A stretch of 63,252 bases of DNA, counting the filler, from Folioceros fuciformis (taxonomy: Eukaryota): NCBI GenBank assembly GCA_049999805.1. It is 15 parts of 15 records of this genome, joined end to end, with 100 filler letters (N's around TTAATTAATTAA, not from the genome) between each part and the next. Parts side by side here need not be neighbours in the genome. Positions count along the whole stretch, not along the records: positions 37,346 to 40,735 come from JBNGIO010002226.1; positions 40,836 to 43,413 come from JBNGIO010002227.1; positions 43,514 to 47,306 come from JBNGIO010002228.1; positions 47,407 to 49,213 come from JBNGIO010002229.1; 11 more parts are not named here. The stretch is one strand, 5' to 3'. The position numbers and the translations under genes are program-made. Position 1 is the first letter of the stretch; every line of letters begins with the position of its first letter. Positions 37,346 to 49,313 of this stretch are shown in pieces. Below the pieces are notes generated by a model. The model ran no database searches and was not told the origin of the DNA. It saw only the letters and a program-made list of their open reading frames with translations.

Positions 37346-39700
37346 TGCCGATTCGGCCAGGCTCCCTGCTACCAGCCATCAACCTTATCCACGCCGGCCA
37401 GGATTCGGCCCCAATCCGCTACCATTAGCCCAGCTAGCCTGCTCATTGACAAGCCAGACCACCTGCCATGGTTGCCTGGATCCCGCCATCTCGGCCCTGT
37501 CCAATCTTAGCGATCCGGCCGGGCTTGGATTCACCTGCCAGCCTACCTGATCGGCTCGGCTATCTGGCTGAATTTCCCCTGCAGCTGGTCTACCCGCCGA
37601 CCAACCAGGCCGCCCGCAAGCCGGCTTGCTCTACCCGGCCTCGACCAGCCTACCTGCCTCCACTGGATCCTGCCCCCTGCCAGTATCCCACCAGCCCGTC
37701 ACGGCAATCCGGCGCCGGTTGCTTGCCAGCCAACCTGCTGCCGTCCTGGCTTCCTGGTTCCGCCTGCTTGGCCGGCCAGTGCCAGGATCTGCCTGCCTGG
37801 ACTCCAGCAGCCGGGCCTCCGCAACCACTCGGCCTGCTCTTGCTTGGCAACCTAGCCTCCAGCAAGAACAGCCTGCCTAACCCGCTCCGGCCTACCTGGC
37901 TGTTCGGATCCGATGCCGCCTTGGCCCGACCAGGCCACCGGCCCAACCGGATGGGTCCATTTTGGTCCACTTGCCCGACCAACTGCTAGAGACCCCTAGC
38001 TGGCCTTCAACCTCCAGATCCCGCCAGGCCTTTCTCCCCCCGCAAGCCGCCCTGGCTTTGACTAGCTCGCACACCGCCCTATAGCCGCTGCTGGCTACCT
38101 GCCGACAGCCCGATCGGCCAGGTTGCCTGCTTGCCGTCGTTCCGCTTTATACACACCAGCTAGGGTCCGGCCTCTAGAATTCCCCAGTCCAACAGCCATC
38201 CTGCTGGAGTCGCTTGCCAAGCATCAAGTTCCTCCCCCCCACAACTCCGATTTCGGCGCTTGCCTCCTAGATGCCGAGTCGTCGGCCGGGCCACCTGCCG
38301 ACCCCAGTTTGCCTCCTGCCTTTCTAGACCCCGTCGCCACTCCCCGGGCTGGAATTCGGCTGCTGCTGCTAGGCTGGTTGGCTATCTGGCAATTTGGCCA
38401 GACCCGCCGGGATCCACCTGCAGGTTCGCTTGCCCCGTCACCCGACTCGCCCAACTGTTGCCTTGCTTGCAGCCGGCCTACGAGTCCCCCTAGATGCCAA
38501 ATCGCCACCCTTGGCTATCCGGCTCCAAAAATCAACCAGCTAGGCCGCCTCTCGCCTGCAGCAAGCCTAGCTTGCTTTAGATCGGTCAGCCAGGCCAAGC
38601 GGATCCAGCGCTGCCTCTGCCTGGCGGATCCTCGCCATGGCCCAGCCAGCCCCCTGGCCAGCTATACCCCACTTGCCAGGCCCGCCGAGGCCCGGCTGCC
38701 TTCGGATCTGCCAGCCCCTCCTTCCGCTCAGCCAGAGCCTGGGCTGGCGATGCTCACAGCCCAACTGTTTGGATCCAGCCAACTTGGTCATCTGGTCCGG
38801 ATCCCGCCCGCCTGTGCTGCTGTTAGGCCTGGATCCTAACGGCACCGGCCACGGCCTGCCCTTGCAATCTGGAAGGCAACCACCCCACCTAACCTGGACC
38901 TGGCTGCTGCTGAGCGGCCAGCCTCTGCTGAGCCAGCCCGACCAGGTCCACCCCTGACAGCCGCCATGCGCTCCACCAGTCTTCCCAGCCCGAATCCACT
39001 CCTAGCCTGGGTTCAGGCCTGATTTGCTCCCACCGGCCCAACTAGCCGATCAGCCCTCCTGCCCGCTAACCCTAGCCTGGACCCCGGCTCGGATCTAGCC
39101 CCGGACCTCCTGCTTGCCATCAGCCCGAGCTGGACTGCTGGTTGGGTGGACTGACCAAGCAACTAGGACGACCCTCCTCAGCTGCCGCATGACTTTCCTT
39201 TTTGCACCTGTCTCCGGCTACCTCCTACTACTGAGCCCACCTGGATCCCGCCAGCAGCCCCCCGGCTGGGCTGCCTGCAGCTGAGACGTGTTGCCTGTCG
39301 GCAACCTCTTGATGTTCCAACCTCTAGTAGGCACGCCCTGCAACTGCTTAGCCGTGACCCCAGCCATCTTATCCCTAGCCTACTACATAGCCCAGCCGGT
39401 CCCCTCGTCGAGCTTGGCAGCTAGTCTCCTGGCCTGCCGGCCAGGCGACCTCCGGCCCTGACTAGCGTCTGCCATGAGCCTACCACCGACCCGCCTGGCT
39501 GCTAACCCAGCCACCTTTGCTCTCGTGATCCTTGCCTAGCCGGTGCACCAGGTGCCCGTCATCCCCGTCTTTTCCTCAGGAACCCGACTTGCCCTTCCCA
39601 CGCATAGTCCTAGGCTTCCACACACATCCAGACATCCTAGCCAAGGGGACCTAGACCCGTGGCCTACCTACCACACATCCCACCAAGCCCCTATCGACTC
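37346..39700. repeat. GC/C-rich degenerate low-complexity region
   Basis: Recurring CCAGCC, CGGCC, GGATCC and CCTAGC motifs; the overlapping Pro-rich ORFs look spurious. Confidence 0.6.
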
Positions 39701-40189
39701 ACCGTTAATCTAACCTCTAATCTAACCTAATCTCCTAACCACTCCTCTACGAACTTCAATTGAAAAACCAAAAAAAGCAAACTCTGCCATTTGCCAGGGG
39801 ATCTGCTCGTCATGTGGACTCCACATGTGCATAAGCAAGCGGTCACCTTGACTTTGTTGCAACGGGTTATCGCGCTTCTTTTCTTATAGGATAAAATAAA
39901 AGAAAAATAATTATAACAAAATTGATCTAAATGAGAGTGTGGCACCACACAAAAAACAAAAAAAAGAGGAGCCTTCTGGCATTTTACGGGGTTGCCACAA
40001 CAATCGGCATATGCATGAAATCATAAATGCAAAGAAAAGAAAATTAAATGATATGGACTTCATCGATGAAGAGCACTAGGTAGGAAGGTAAGATGCGATG
40101 TCGTCGACCTAGAACGTCATGGCAGTTGAGGACTTCATTTAAAAATTCGGATCCATGCAAATTTAAAACTAAAACAATATCTTATAAAA

Positions 40190-40735
40190 TCCTTTTCTTT
40201 TCTCTCTCTCTCTCTTTCTCTCTCTCTTTGGTCTCTTCCCCTTTGGTTCTCTCTCCTCTCCACTTTTTGTTTCTGTTTTTGTTGAATGTATTCTCTTTCT
40301 CCTTTGCTTGTGTTTCTCTTTTCTTTCCTAATGTGTTTTATCGATTTTGTGTGTCACATGTGTGCATTTGGTTTCTTCGATCGTTCCCTTTTTCTCTTGT
40401 TGTGTGAGTTTTCTTCTTTTTCTTAGGGTTCTTTATTGCCTCTTCTCTTTCTAATATGTTTGACCTAAGTGCTTTTTTCCTTCTTCCATTGTTTCTATTG
40501 TGTTTCCTCTCAGAGTTTTTTTGGTTTTGGTTTTTTTTTTTTTTGAGCTATTTTTTCTCTCCTTCTTTTGAGGGTTTCATTGTTTTTTGTCGTAATCCTA
40601 ATCTTAGTCTTAGTCTTAATCTTCATCTTCATGTTGTTCTTGTTCTTCATGGTGAATCTATTTCGTGCTTGATTGTTTGTTTTTGTTTTCTGCTTTTTAT
40701 TTTGTTCTATGCTTTGAATTAATCTTTATCTTATT
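40190..40735. repeat. T/C-rich low-complexity tract
   Basis: (CT)n, poly-T and TTGTTC-like runs. Confidence 0.7.
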
Positions 40736-40835
40736 NNNNNNNNNNNNNNNNNNNNNNNNNNNNNNNNNNNNNNNNNNNNTTAATTAATTAANNNNNNNNN
40801 NNNNNNNNNNNNNNNNNNNNNNNNNNNNNNNNNNN

Positions 40836-41025
40836 CCAAGAGTAACCGGGTGAAGGGACTGAGCTTCCACCCCCGGCTGCCCTGGATCTTGGCGAGCTTG
40901 CAAACGGGCATCATCCAACTTTGGGACTACCAGATGGGCACCCTCATCGATTGCTTCAACGAAAACGACGGCCCCGTGCGCAGCGTGCACTTCCACAAGT
41001 CGCATTCGCTTTTCGTTTCGGGAGG
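40836..41025 (+). pseudogene. COPA: Coatomer alpha subunit N-terminal WD40 fragment
   Basis: [51 protein letters not shown]; conserved residues are substituted and homology stops after SGG. Confidence 0.82.
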
Positions 41026-41029
41026 TACT

Positions 41030-43413
41030 GAAGTGTAATCTGGTGGGGTCTGGGCTCGTGTGTTGTGACGGAAACTTGTAAATGGGGACCAGCTGGTTGC
41101 TAGCCTTGCTGTTGAAGGTGGAGTGTCGGGGTCGAAGTTGACTTCCACAAAGTCCTGAGCTTGCTCCTGCCTCTTGGCTGCCCTCCTCTGTTGTGTGTAT
41201 GCACGTCTAGGTGGGGTGCTTTGTCCAGGGATGTCACGGGATCTCAGTCTATAACAAGGACTGGTCCCATGCTCCTTAGGTTGCATTCCCCCATAAACAT
41301 GCACAACAAACAACAAGTCAGCTAGCTAGGCTGGAAGAGGAAAAGAAGGCAAGCCAATACTGCATTCACGCTTGCTGCTAGAGCTAGAAAACCAAACCAA
41401 TCCACAACTGTGAAATGCAAAAGTCACAGCTTCAAAAAAGGACTTGTAGGGAGCCGGTCTAAAAGCTAAGCTAAGAGCTAAGCTACACGTAATGAAAGAC
41501 CTCAAATATCACTGTCCACGAGAGCCCTAGCCCCTATGCTGCAACAAGAGGAGTGTTGGCTGCAAATAGCCAACATGCCCTAACTGAAACCCTAGGTGAC
41601 CAACTCCTCCAAGGCATTTAGTCCCTGTATTTCACTCTAAATTGAACAAAAATTATACCAATGGCTTTGTCTCAGTGAGGCAAACAATCTAGTATGCAAA
41701 TTGAAAGCAACCGACCTCTGAAACCGACGCTACAAACTCTGGAAGGTTGGGAAAGCTTGCTGCAGTTGAACTGCTGTTGTTGCTGCTAGCACGATTGGGG
41801 CGTGTGGGTGATGCTGCCTTGCTGTAATTGCGTGGCCACCTCCACCTAGCTCATTCGCTCCCACATCTTGCTTCCCTGTCCAGATTGAGATAGTTGTTGA
41901 AGTGAAGAGATTGTAGCAAAACCTTGCAGCAATTTGGGTTTGAAAGGAGCTACGTGACACACGCAGCTTGGTGAGTGAATAAGTTACGCCATGGACTGCA
42001 ACACTGGAATCAAAGGCGCTGAAAACGTTCTTCATCCTAGCTCCCAATTCGAGAGAACACAAAAACATGGTTTGAGCTGCCTTCCCCCAGTTACAGTGCT
42101 GCGCGGCGCAACTTCAACAACCATCGACTTCTGCCCTGGCTGCCCCTTTTGCCTAACGCCAGCCATCTTCATGATCCAACGTCCAGCTGAGTTGGCTTCA
42201 CGCCCTTGCATCAGCACTGCTCCTTGCATGATGCCTTGCTAGCGTACCCTAAGTTCTGTTGTTTCCCCACGTTGCCACGTTGGGCAGCAGGGTTACACCA
42301 ACAACAAGTTGGGAAATACCCAACATGCGTTCAGACTCAACTTGCCTAGAAACATCTAGCTATTTCTAAGCTAGTTTGCGAAATATCTACCTAAGCTAAG
42401 TTCATTTATCCTAGCATTTAAAACATATATTTGCTATCCTATTCTAAACAACATTGGCTGAGGGTTTCTTACCTAATCGGCGGTCACCTTCATGACAAGG
42501 CTCCATACGACACCTTCCTCAACCCCACAATCTAGCTGCTCGTCTCCCTACGACCAACAAGTTTCCCTCCGAGCCTGCTCAGCTCCCTCCAACTGTGTTT
42601 ATCGTTCACCTACGACATTCAACCTTCCCTATCTCATACCTTCAACACGTCCAATCGGTAGGAAGGCACCATTCCTTCACTTGGAAGGGCCCCAGTACCT
42701 CCCCCTACCGACTTCCAACTACCTACACCCACCACCTCTCCCCACAAGTCTCCTCACAACACCTTTCACACCATCCAACTCCACGTCTCCCTACATCCAA
42801 CGACCAACAAGTTTTTCCTTGGGCCGGTTGCTGCGTGCTTGTGCCTGTTAGCAAGAACTTCAAGGGAGTCTTTCCCTAGAGTCTACCCTCAAGCCAACAG
42901 TCACACAAGTATTGCCACACACCTACAGCAGCACAACAACCATTCACAAGGGAAGCAACTTGCAGGGGTGCCCAGGAAAAATATGAACCTTCCGCCAAGC
43001 ACTTCGACCACTACAACTCTAGCCACAACCAAATGCTGTGATGGCACACAGCCGGCAACAAGATTCCTATGCTCTGCTGAGCATGAGAACTCGCCATGAG
43101 AAGAGTGCGGAATGTGGTGGTTCATTTCTTTGTGTAGCCCCTCTTTATAGGAGAGATCGACACATGAACCCTCTACTCCATGTAGGTGGTGGGCTACTCT
43201 TCTCTCATACTAGGCGCCACCAACTTTAACTGCACACACCTACCAAGAGGCTAAGTCCTACCAATAATTGTTAGGGCAGTGCGTGCCGCTAAAGATTCGG
43301 ATTGTCGGCCATAGAAGATTCGCTGACCCTCTCTCTAAAAAGGTGTGGCTAGGACTGCTCCTGAAGGGAGGCAGAGTCTGAAGGTTGAGCTACTGGGCCC
43401 CCCTCCATTATTG
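41030..43413. repeat. Unclassified dispersed element
   Basis: 41878-42170 matches 5690-5990; 42805-43413 matches 50675-51270. Confidence 0.65.
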
Positions 43414-43513
43414 NNNNNNNNNNNNNNNNNNNNNNNNNNNNNNNNNNNNNNNNNNNNTTAATTAATTAANNNNNNNNNNNNNNNNNNNNNNNNNNNNNNN
43501 NNNNNNNNNNNNN

Positions 43514-43720
43514 TTCTCCCAAGTTGAGTTGATGAGATCTTCTCTCTGGAAGAGGAGATGCCTAGCCTGGAGGAGGATTTGTCCAGTTGTGACGTTGGCC
43601 GTGTGGAAGCACACAACGTCGGCTCACTTGATGTTGAACTTGTTGTGGATGATTCGTGTTTAGTCTACTCACAAATTGTGAGAGAGCATCATTAGGACGC
43701 TGCCCACGCCTCCGTGTCAT
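43514..43720 (-). pseudogene. ORF0 N-terminus (not in the ORF track), one TAG
   Basis: MTRRRGQRPNDALSQFVSRLNTNHPQQVQHQVSRRCVLPHGQRHNWTNPPPG*ASPLPERRSHQLNLGE aligns to the ORF0 starting at 48541. Confidence 0.7.
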
Positions 43721-44085
43721 TCTGAAGATTCAACAGACTCATTTACAATCCCATTTAGTTTAGATTATGCTAACACTATCTAGAGTGCAGGCAGAGATAA
43801 GTTACTGGTCACACAATCGCACATTTTCTGAGAAAGAAATTTGTGCATTATGTGAACAGCTAAATTATCTATGTTGGCACAATTCTAGAATCAAGATAGA
43901 TCAAATATAGCTGGTGCTCTGATACCATGCTACTAATTGCGGAAGTGAACTTTGTACAAAAGTATTAAAATGATAATAAAGGAAAGCATCCTTTAAATAC
44001 AAAATTGTGTGTGTGTCTTTTGGGTTAATTAAGTAACCTCTAGCTAAACTAAGCCATAAGCTATGTTAGGGTTTTATATCCAACA
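43514..44085 (-). mobile_element. Copia 5' end: LTR 43928-44085, PBS 43916-43927, start of ORF0
   Basis: LTR and leader are homologous to 48490-48923 (TGCTACTAATTGCGGAAG). Confidence 0.85.
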
Positions 44086-44127
44086 CTCCTAGCTCAAGTC
44101 AGGGAGGCCCATGGAACCAACTAGGAA

Positions 44128-44866
44128 ATGCAACAGAAATTGTTGAGGGCCCAGGAGCAGGAGGTGGCTGTAGTGGAAAAAGTGCAGAAATTGGCGAATA
44201 GGTATAAGCGGGAGTGGGACGAAGCTCGAAGCCGGGTGAAAGGGAAAGGAAAGGCTAGGCGAAGTAGCTTAACTACGACGGAGGTAGCTGAAGAGGCTAC
44301 CGATCAGAGAGACCACGCCGGTAGGGGAAAGCCCAACCAAGGTAGAAGAGGCAGCAACCGTCGAGGAGCCCGCATCCGGCACAGCTGGAATGGCAACCCG
44401 CACTAGGAGGACAGGACAGGGCGGAGCGGCAGCTAGGGGGACGGAGGATTTTGCAGTGCCACTCGACAGCAGAAGATAGGCAGTTCGGGATAGCCCACTA
44501 GGGGAGGGGGTAAGCACCTGATCCGCTGCAGAAGGCGAGATTGTATTGCAGCATCTGGATGAGGCAACTTATGTTCTTGGCCTTTATGTGGATGGAGATC
44601 GTGTGCTAAACTTAACTGTCCATGTGCGTGTGGAACTAGGAGGGACAAGGGCCTACTGCCTGCAACTGAGGACTCGTAGGGGATCCTTCTTCCACTGTTG
44701 TCGGGTGTGGGGATTGCCCCCTTACTATTCGGAGGCAGTCCTAGAAGAATTAACGGAGGAGGAGGCACAGGCATGGGTTGAGCGAGAGCCCGTGATGGTC
44801 CTTAGCAACAGGCGACTAGAGGGAGGAAGGAGCACCCCTCGATGGGCCCACCCACGCCGCCACTAG
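44128..44866 (+). other. Unknown ORF remnants, probably TE-borne
   Basis: Coiled-coil/basic ORF at 44128-44406 and protein-like ORF at 44546-44866; no recognised family. Confidence 0.3.
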
Positions 44867-45292
44867 AAGGGTCAAGCAGCAGTGGGGAGGTAGAAATCCT
44901 GTGGGAGGATTTGTCTAACCAAAGGCGAGGGAGGAGGGCTCGAGGTTGGCGGGCGAGAGGAGCGCGACGATCGGACAAGAGGCGAGCGCGGCGATAAGAT
45001 AGGCCATAGTTATTGCATCTTAAAATAGAATACTGTAGAATCTGGAGAAGATGCTTTCTTGCACGTGATGCCGCTCATAATTAAGAGCGCCCACCTGTCC
45101 GCAAACTAGAATTAATGGTGGCTGTGGACCCACCATCGTGTACAAGAGGCATGTTGGCACCTCACTGAAGCAGCGAGAAATCGACATTCCAACCCGAGGA
45201 AGCTTGGCGGCAGCCGCTGCCTGATAGGGAGATCCGGCAGGTGAGTGCATGCGGCGTTCCTGGGAGGAGGTGTGCGCGACTTCTCTGCTCCA

Positions 45293-46634
45293 TGACGGGT
45301 GGTATTGGGGACGAATCGGTGGGGGTTCTCACCGAGTGGAAGGCAAACTTCCCCTCTATTCCCGGTAATTCGCGTTGTGTGTCGCTGTAGAAGTGAAGGG
45401 GAACGAATCCACCCACTGTGCGGAGTGAAGGGAGAACGATCCTTCCCTTATTCCCTGAATCAATGAATTGTGGCATGTGGTTGAGGTGAGGGGGACGAAT
45501 CCGCCCATAAGCGGAGTGGAAGGGGTGCCGGCTTCCCTTATTCCCTGACTCTTCAACCACTCCTCCAATACAGTGATGAGAGTGAGTGGAAGTGAAGACT
45601 GACTGTGCGTTGTAGTTGAGGGAGGGAAACGAATCCGCCCAATAAGCGGAGTGGAGGGAGCTTTCCTCCTTCCCTTATTTCCCCACTGTCGGCTGCAACC
45701 TGGCCCTAGTGTTGGTGTGAGTGAGTGTTGAGATATGATCGTGTAAGAAGGTGAGAAGTGAAGGAACGAGTGAGTCGAGACGAGAAGGAGTGAGTAACGC
45801 CGTGCTTGCAGAGAGGGGAACGAATCCACCGACTGCGGAGTGGAAGGAGCGTCTCTCCTTCCCTTATTTCCCGAACTGTTGGCTGCGGATGGGTGTGCTG
45901 CGAGACTGAGTGTTTGACAAGAGAGTTAAGGTTGCAACGAGGTTGTCGAAGAATCCCTAAAGAGACTTCGGGTGCTGGGAAATGCTGTTAAGAGATAGTG
46001 GTGCGAGGGACGATTGAGAAACCGCTTGGGAAATCGTGGATATTGCTGAGGGTTGAAGCGAGCTTGCGAGGAGCGACTGTACACCGAAGTTTGGCGTGTG
46101 TTGGAAGCGCGGTGTGGGTGTGAAGCGTGAGGTGTAATCATCCTATGGAACCGGGTTGTCTAAGTGTGTATCTGTGGTTGTGAGGAGTGTTTAATAACCC
46201 CAACCCACGACTCTTGGGGATCTAGGTAGAAACCCGTGAGTAGAAACCCGCGGTGGTACTTGTGTCGACATGTGTTAGTTAGGACCTTGGGTGGGACCCA
46301 CCACGGTAGCAGAATCCGCCACCGATTGTGGAAACCCCAACCAGTCGTAGAGGAGATAGTGGTCGTGGAGACCCCAACCCCGGTTGTAGAGTAGGGACTA
46401 GAGTCGTAGAGTAGGGTCCGTGGTAGCTAGGCTAATTGAGGGGTAGTGGTACTTGAATTGGCAGGTAGTAGAAGTGGTAGGGGATAAGGTCGAATCTACG
46501 TAAGAGCCAGTAGTAGAAGAAACCTGTGATACTCAGCACATATCATTCCCTTGGGATCGAATCCCACGGCTACAACAACATAGAGGGTTTGTGTGGACCT
46601 CGCGGTGTCCTCAGACACAATATTTTCCTCCACA
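45293..46634 (+). repeat. Long LTR-like repeat (about 1.34 kb, Ty3/Athila-like)
   Basis: Starts TGACGGGT (as at 62354) and ends TGGGATCGAATCCC..TATTTTCCTCCACA (as at about 5580); abuts a truncated Harbinger transposase; no clean TSD. Confidence 0.55.
45307..45872 (+). repeat. Array of five roughly 60-nt structured (three-way junction) units with unique spacers
   Basis: Units at about 45307, 45397, 45488, 45622 and 45813: GGGGA-CGAA-hairpin-GT-hairpin-CTTA-TTCCC. Confidence 0.8.
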
Positions 46635-47306
46635 CTAGAGCTAACAACTTCAAAGTTCAAGCACCTCACAGGTCTACCGAATATGGTTGGAGCTATAGAT
46701 GGTTCTCACATCAAGCTCGCTACACAACCTAATAAGATAGATAACCCAGGTGCATACTGGTGTCGTCATGATATTCACTCTATTGTACTACAAGGCGTAT
46801 GTGATGCTGATAAAAAATTCATTGATGTATGTTGCACTCATTCTAGTGGAGTTCATGATGCTACAATTTTGAGGGAGAGTAGCATATGGGAGAAGATGAA
46901 GACGGGTGTTATTTTAAGAGACCCTATTCTACATATCGAGGATATTGAAATGGCTCCATATATCTTAGGTGACAGTGTTTACCCATTAATGCCTTTCCTC
47001 ATAAAACCATTTTATGCAACAGGTGAAGATCGGACTAAAAAACATTTCAATTGGTCCTTGAGAAGGAGAAAAGTGAAAGTGGAAAATGCTTTTGCCTTAT
47101 TGAAAAATAAATGGCGTGTTCTAAAGAATAATAATATGCGTTTGAAGTATGCTCCGCAGGTTGTTATCGCTTGTTGCGCACTTCATAATTTTTGTATACA
47201 AGTTGGAGAGTTAGAAGCACGACAATATGATGAAGACCCATTTCCACTACATGAAACTAAGTGTAATCATACTTGGGAGGCTCTTGCAGAGCGTCAGATG
47301 CACAAC
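46635..47306 (+). mobile_element. PIF/Harbinger transposase (DDE_Tnp_4, HARBI1-like), partial
   Basis: GAIDGSHI, SIVLQGVCD, HDATILRES, ILGDSVYPL, VENAFALLKNKWRVL, ACCALHNFC. Confidence 0.93.
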
Positions 47307-47406
47307 NNNNNNNNNNNNNNNNNNNNNNNNNNNNNNNNNNNNNNNNNNNNTTAATTAATTAANNNNNNNNNNNNNNNNNNNNNNNNNNNNNNNNNNNNNN
47401 NNNNNN

Positions 47407-48923
47407 AGGTAAGCTTGCATCCGGGCTCTCCAACTTTCATAGTTGATAGACTTGCCATCAAAACAATCTTTTTCTTCAAATTCTCCAGCATAGTTACCAG
47501 CTCCAGTAGTTGTAGTCATACTGATAATTGGTGGTGCTGAAGTAGATATGAATGGAGGAGGATTGAATGCAGGAAACTGAGTTTGCAGGGATTGGACAAA
47601 CGCAAGTTCAGTTGCTAAGTCCTCATCTAGATCACTATCTGAGTCCGAAGATAACCAGCTAAGGCCAAACGACATGGAAGAAAGCGAAACGACATTAAAG
47701 GAAGGTATGTGACGTTTTGCCTAAAACCGACACACTTAGGGTTAGATATGAAAGTATCTAAATTATCATGAAATGTTGCAGATGAACGCGTTGCAGTGAC
47801 AAGTGGCAGAGCTCAGCAACCGCCATTTCTGATGAAGAGTACCGATTGAGATCTGCCAGCGTGCCCTCTCTCCAGCACTGCAACTCACGTGATCCCCCTC
47901 CAATTCTGGAGCGAGAGATCACTTTGCGCAGGGCGTCGTTACAGATCTGGCTGTCCACACGTCAGCGCCATGTACAGATCCTCACGAATGTGCAGAGAGC
48001 TCAGCAAATTAGTGGCAGCCTGATGTGACTGCGGCACTGAAGTAGTCACGGATCCAATTTCCAAGCGCTCAAGTCTCTCTGACTGAAACGAGAGTGAATT
48101 CTGCACACCGCGAATCAGGGTCTGTACCAACATCAAGCGTTCACCCTATTGCAGCAACAGAGACTGCTGCCGACGAATTTGAGTAAGAATCGATCCCTCT
48201 GAGTTGGTGATGCTTGATCGTAGTCCCTCCGACCTGAACTCAATCATGGAATCAAGGGTATCGAACCCTTCATTAGTTTCTGAATACGTTGGAGAATCTG
48301 ACCGCCTTGGTCTGTCGTGGGTATTGCAGGGAGGCGGAGACGGAGCTCTATCCCCTAAGTTGAGCTGATAAGGCCTGCGCACAGATGGTCGAGGTGTCCA
48401 CTGCTCTTGCTGGCCTTGAGGAAACCGGTGCCCACCACGATTGTTTCCTTGCCGCTCAACTTGGTGTGTTCGACTCCTGTGTTGTCTGGTCACAAATTGT
48501 GACGAAGACTCCTCGGGACGTCATCCACCTCTCCGCACCATTCATACACACAACACAGACTCATTTATGTATTCATCTCATAGTTTGTAGAAAATACTGA
48601 TGATCTCTAGAGTGCACACAGAGATGCCTTAGTAGCCACATAATCAAACATTTCTCAAGAAGAGATTTGTTCATTTTGTGGTTAGGTAAAACATCTATGT
48701 ATGCAGTATCCTAGAATCAAAGAGAATACAAATGGATCAAGTAAACTGGTGCTATGATACCATGCTACTAATTGCGGAAGCGAGCTTTGTAAAAGCATCA
48801 ATTAATTAAATAAAAAGGAAAGTGTCCTTTAAATACAAAATTGTATAGTGACTTTTGGGTTAAGTATTTAACCTCTGATTAGCAGCTAGGGTATTAAATA
48901 TGTTAGGTTTCTTACTCCTAACA
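47407..48923 (-). mobile_element. Copia 5' end: LTR 48763-48923, PBS 48751-48762, ORF0, gag start at 47675
   Basis: PBS TGGTATCATAGC; gag EFEEKDCFDGK..YESWRARM is homologous to the gag at 27914. Confidence 0.9.
47939..48541 (-). pseudogene. ORF0, about 200 codons, two internal stops
   Basis: ATG at 48541 (MVRRGG*RPEESSSQFVTRQ) is in frame with ORFs 48146-48493 and 47939-48136; helical C-terminal half. Confidence 0.7.
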
Positions 48924-49313
48924 GGAATGAAGAGAGACAATCCGAGAAATCGAACTAATGAAATGGTCACCCTAAACCTTGGCCGGTAAAGCATACATAT
49001 GGAGTGAGTGATAGGGACAATAAAAAAATCTAGATACAATTGATAAGAGGCTTATACAATCCAGTCTCTCTAAATGTGACCACTAAAAATATTATACCTC
49101 TACAAATGTTACGAGTTAGGGTACTCTCGAGTTAGAGACTAAAGTTAAATATGATTTTCTATTATTTTTATATATTACTTGTTTTAGGAAAATATGCACT
49201 CCCAATCACTACANNNNNNNNNNNNNNNNNNNNNNNNNNNNNNNNNNNNNNNNNNNNTTAATTAATTAANNNNNNNNNNNNNNNNNNNNNNNNNNNNNNN
49301 NNNNNNNNNNNNN

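Noticed and set aside
37468-38957. Multiple Pro/Ala-rich ORFs on both strands
   Set aside because: Expected from GC-rich low-complexity DNA; no domain signal.
39707-39742. Telomere-like CTAACC/CTAATC repeats
   Set aside because: Too short and irregular to call an interstitial telomere.
40093-40722. Phe/Leu-rich membrane-protein-like ORFs
   Set aside because: Translation of a T-rich low-complexity tract.
45307-45872. CRISPR-like repeat-spacer array
   Set aside because: Units of about 60 nt are degenerate, spacers vary from about 30 to 130 nt, there are no cas genes and the context is eukaryotic.
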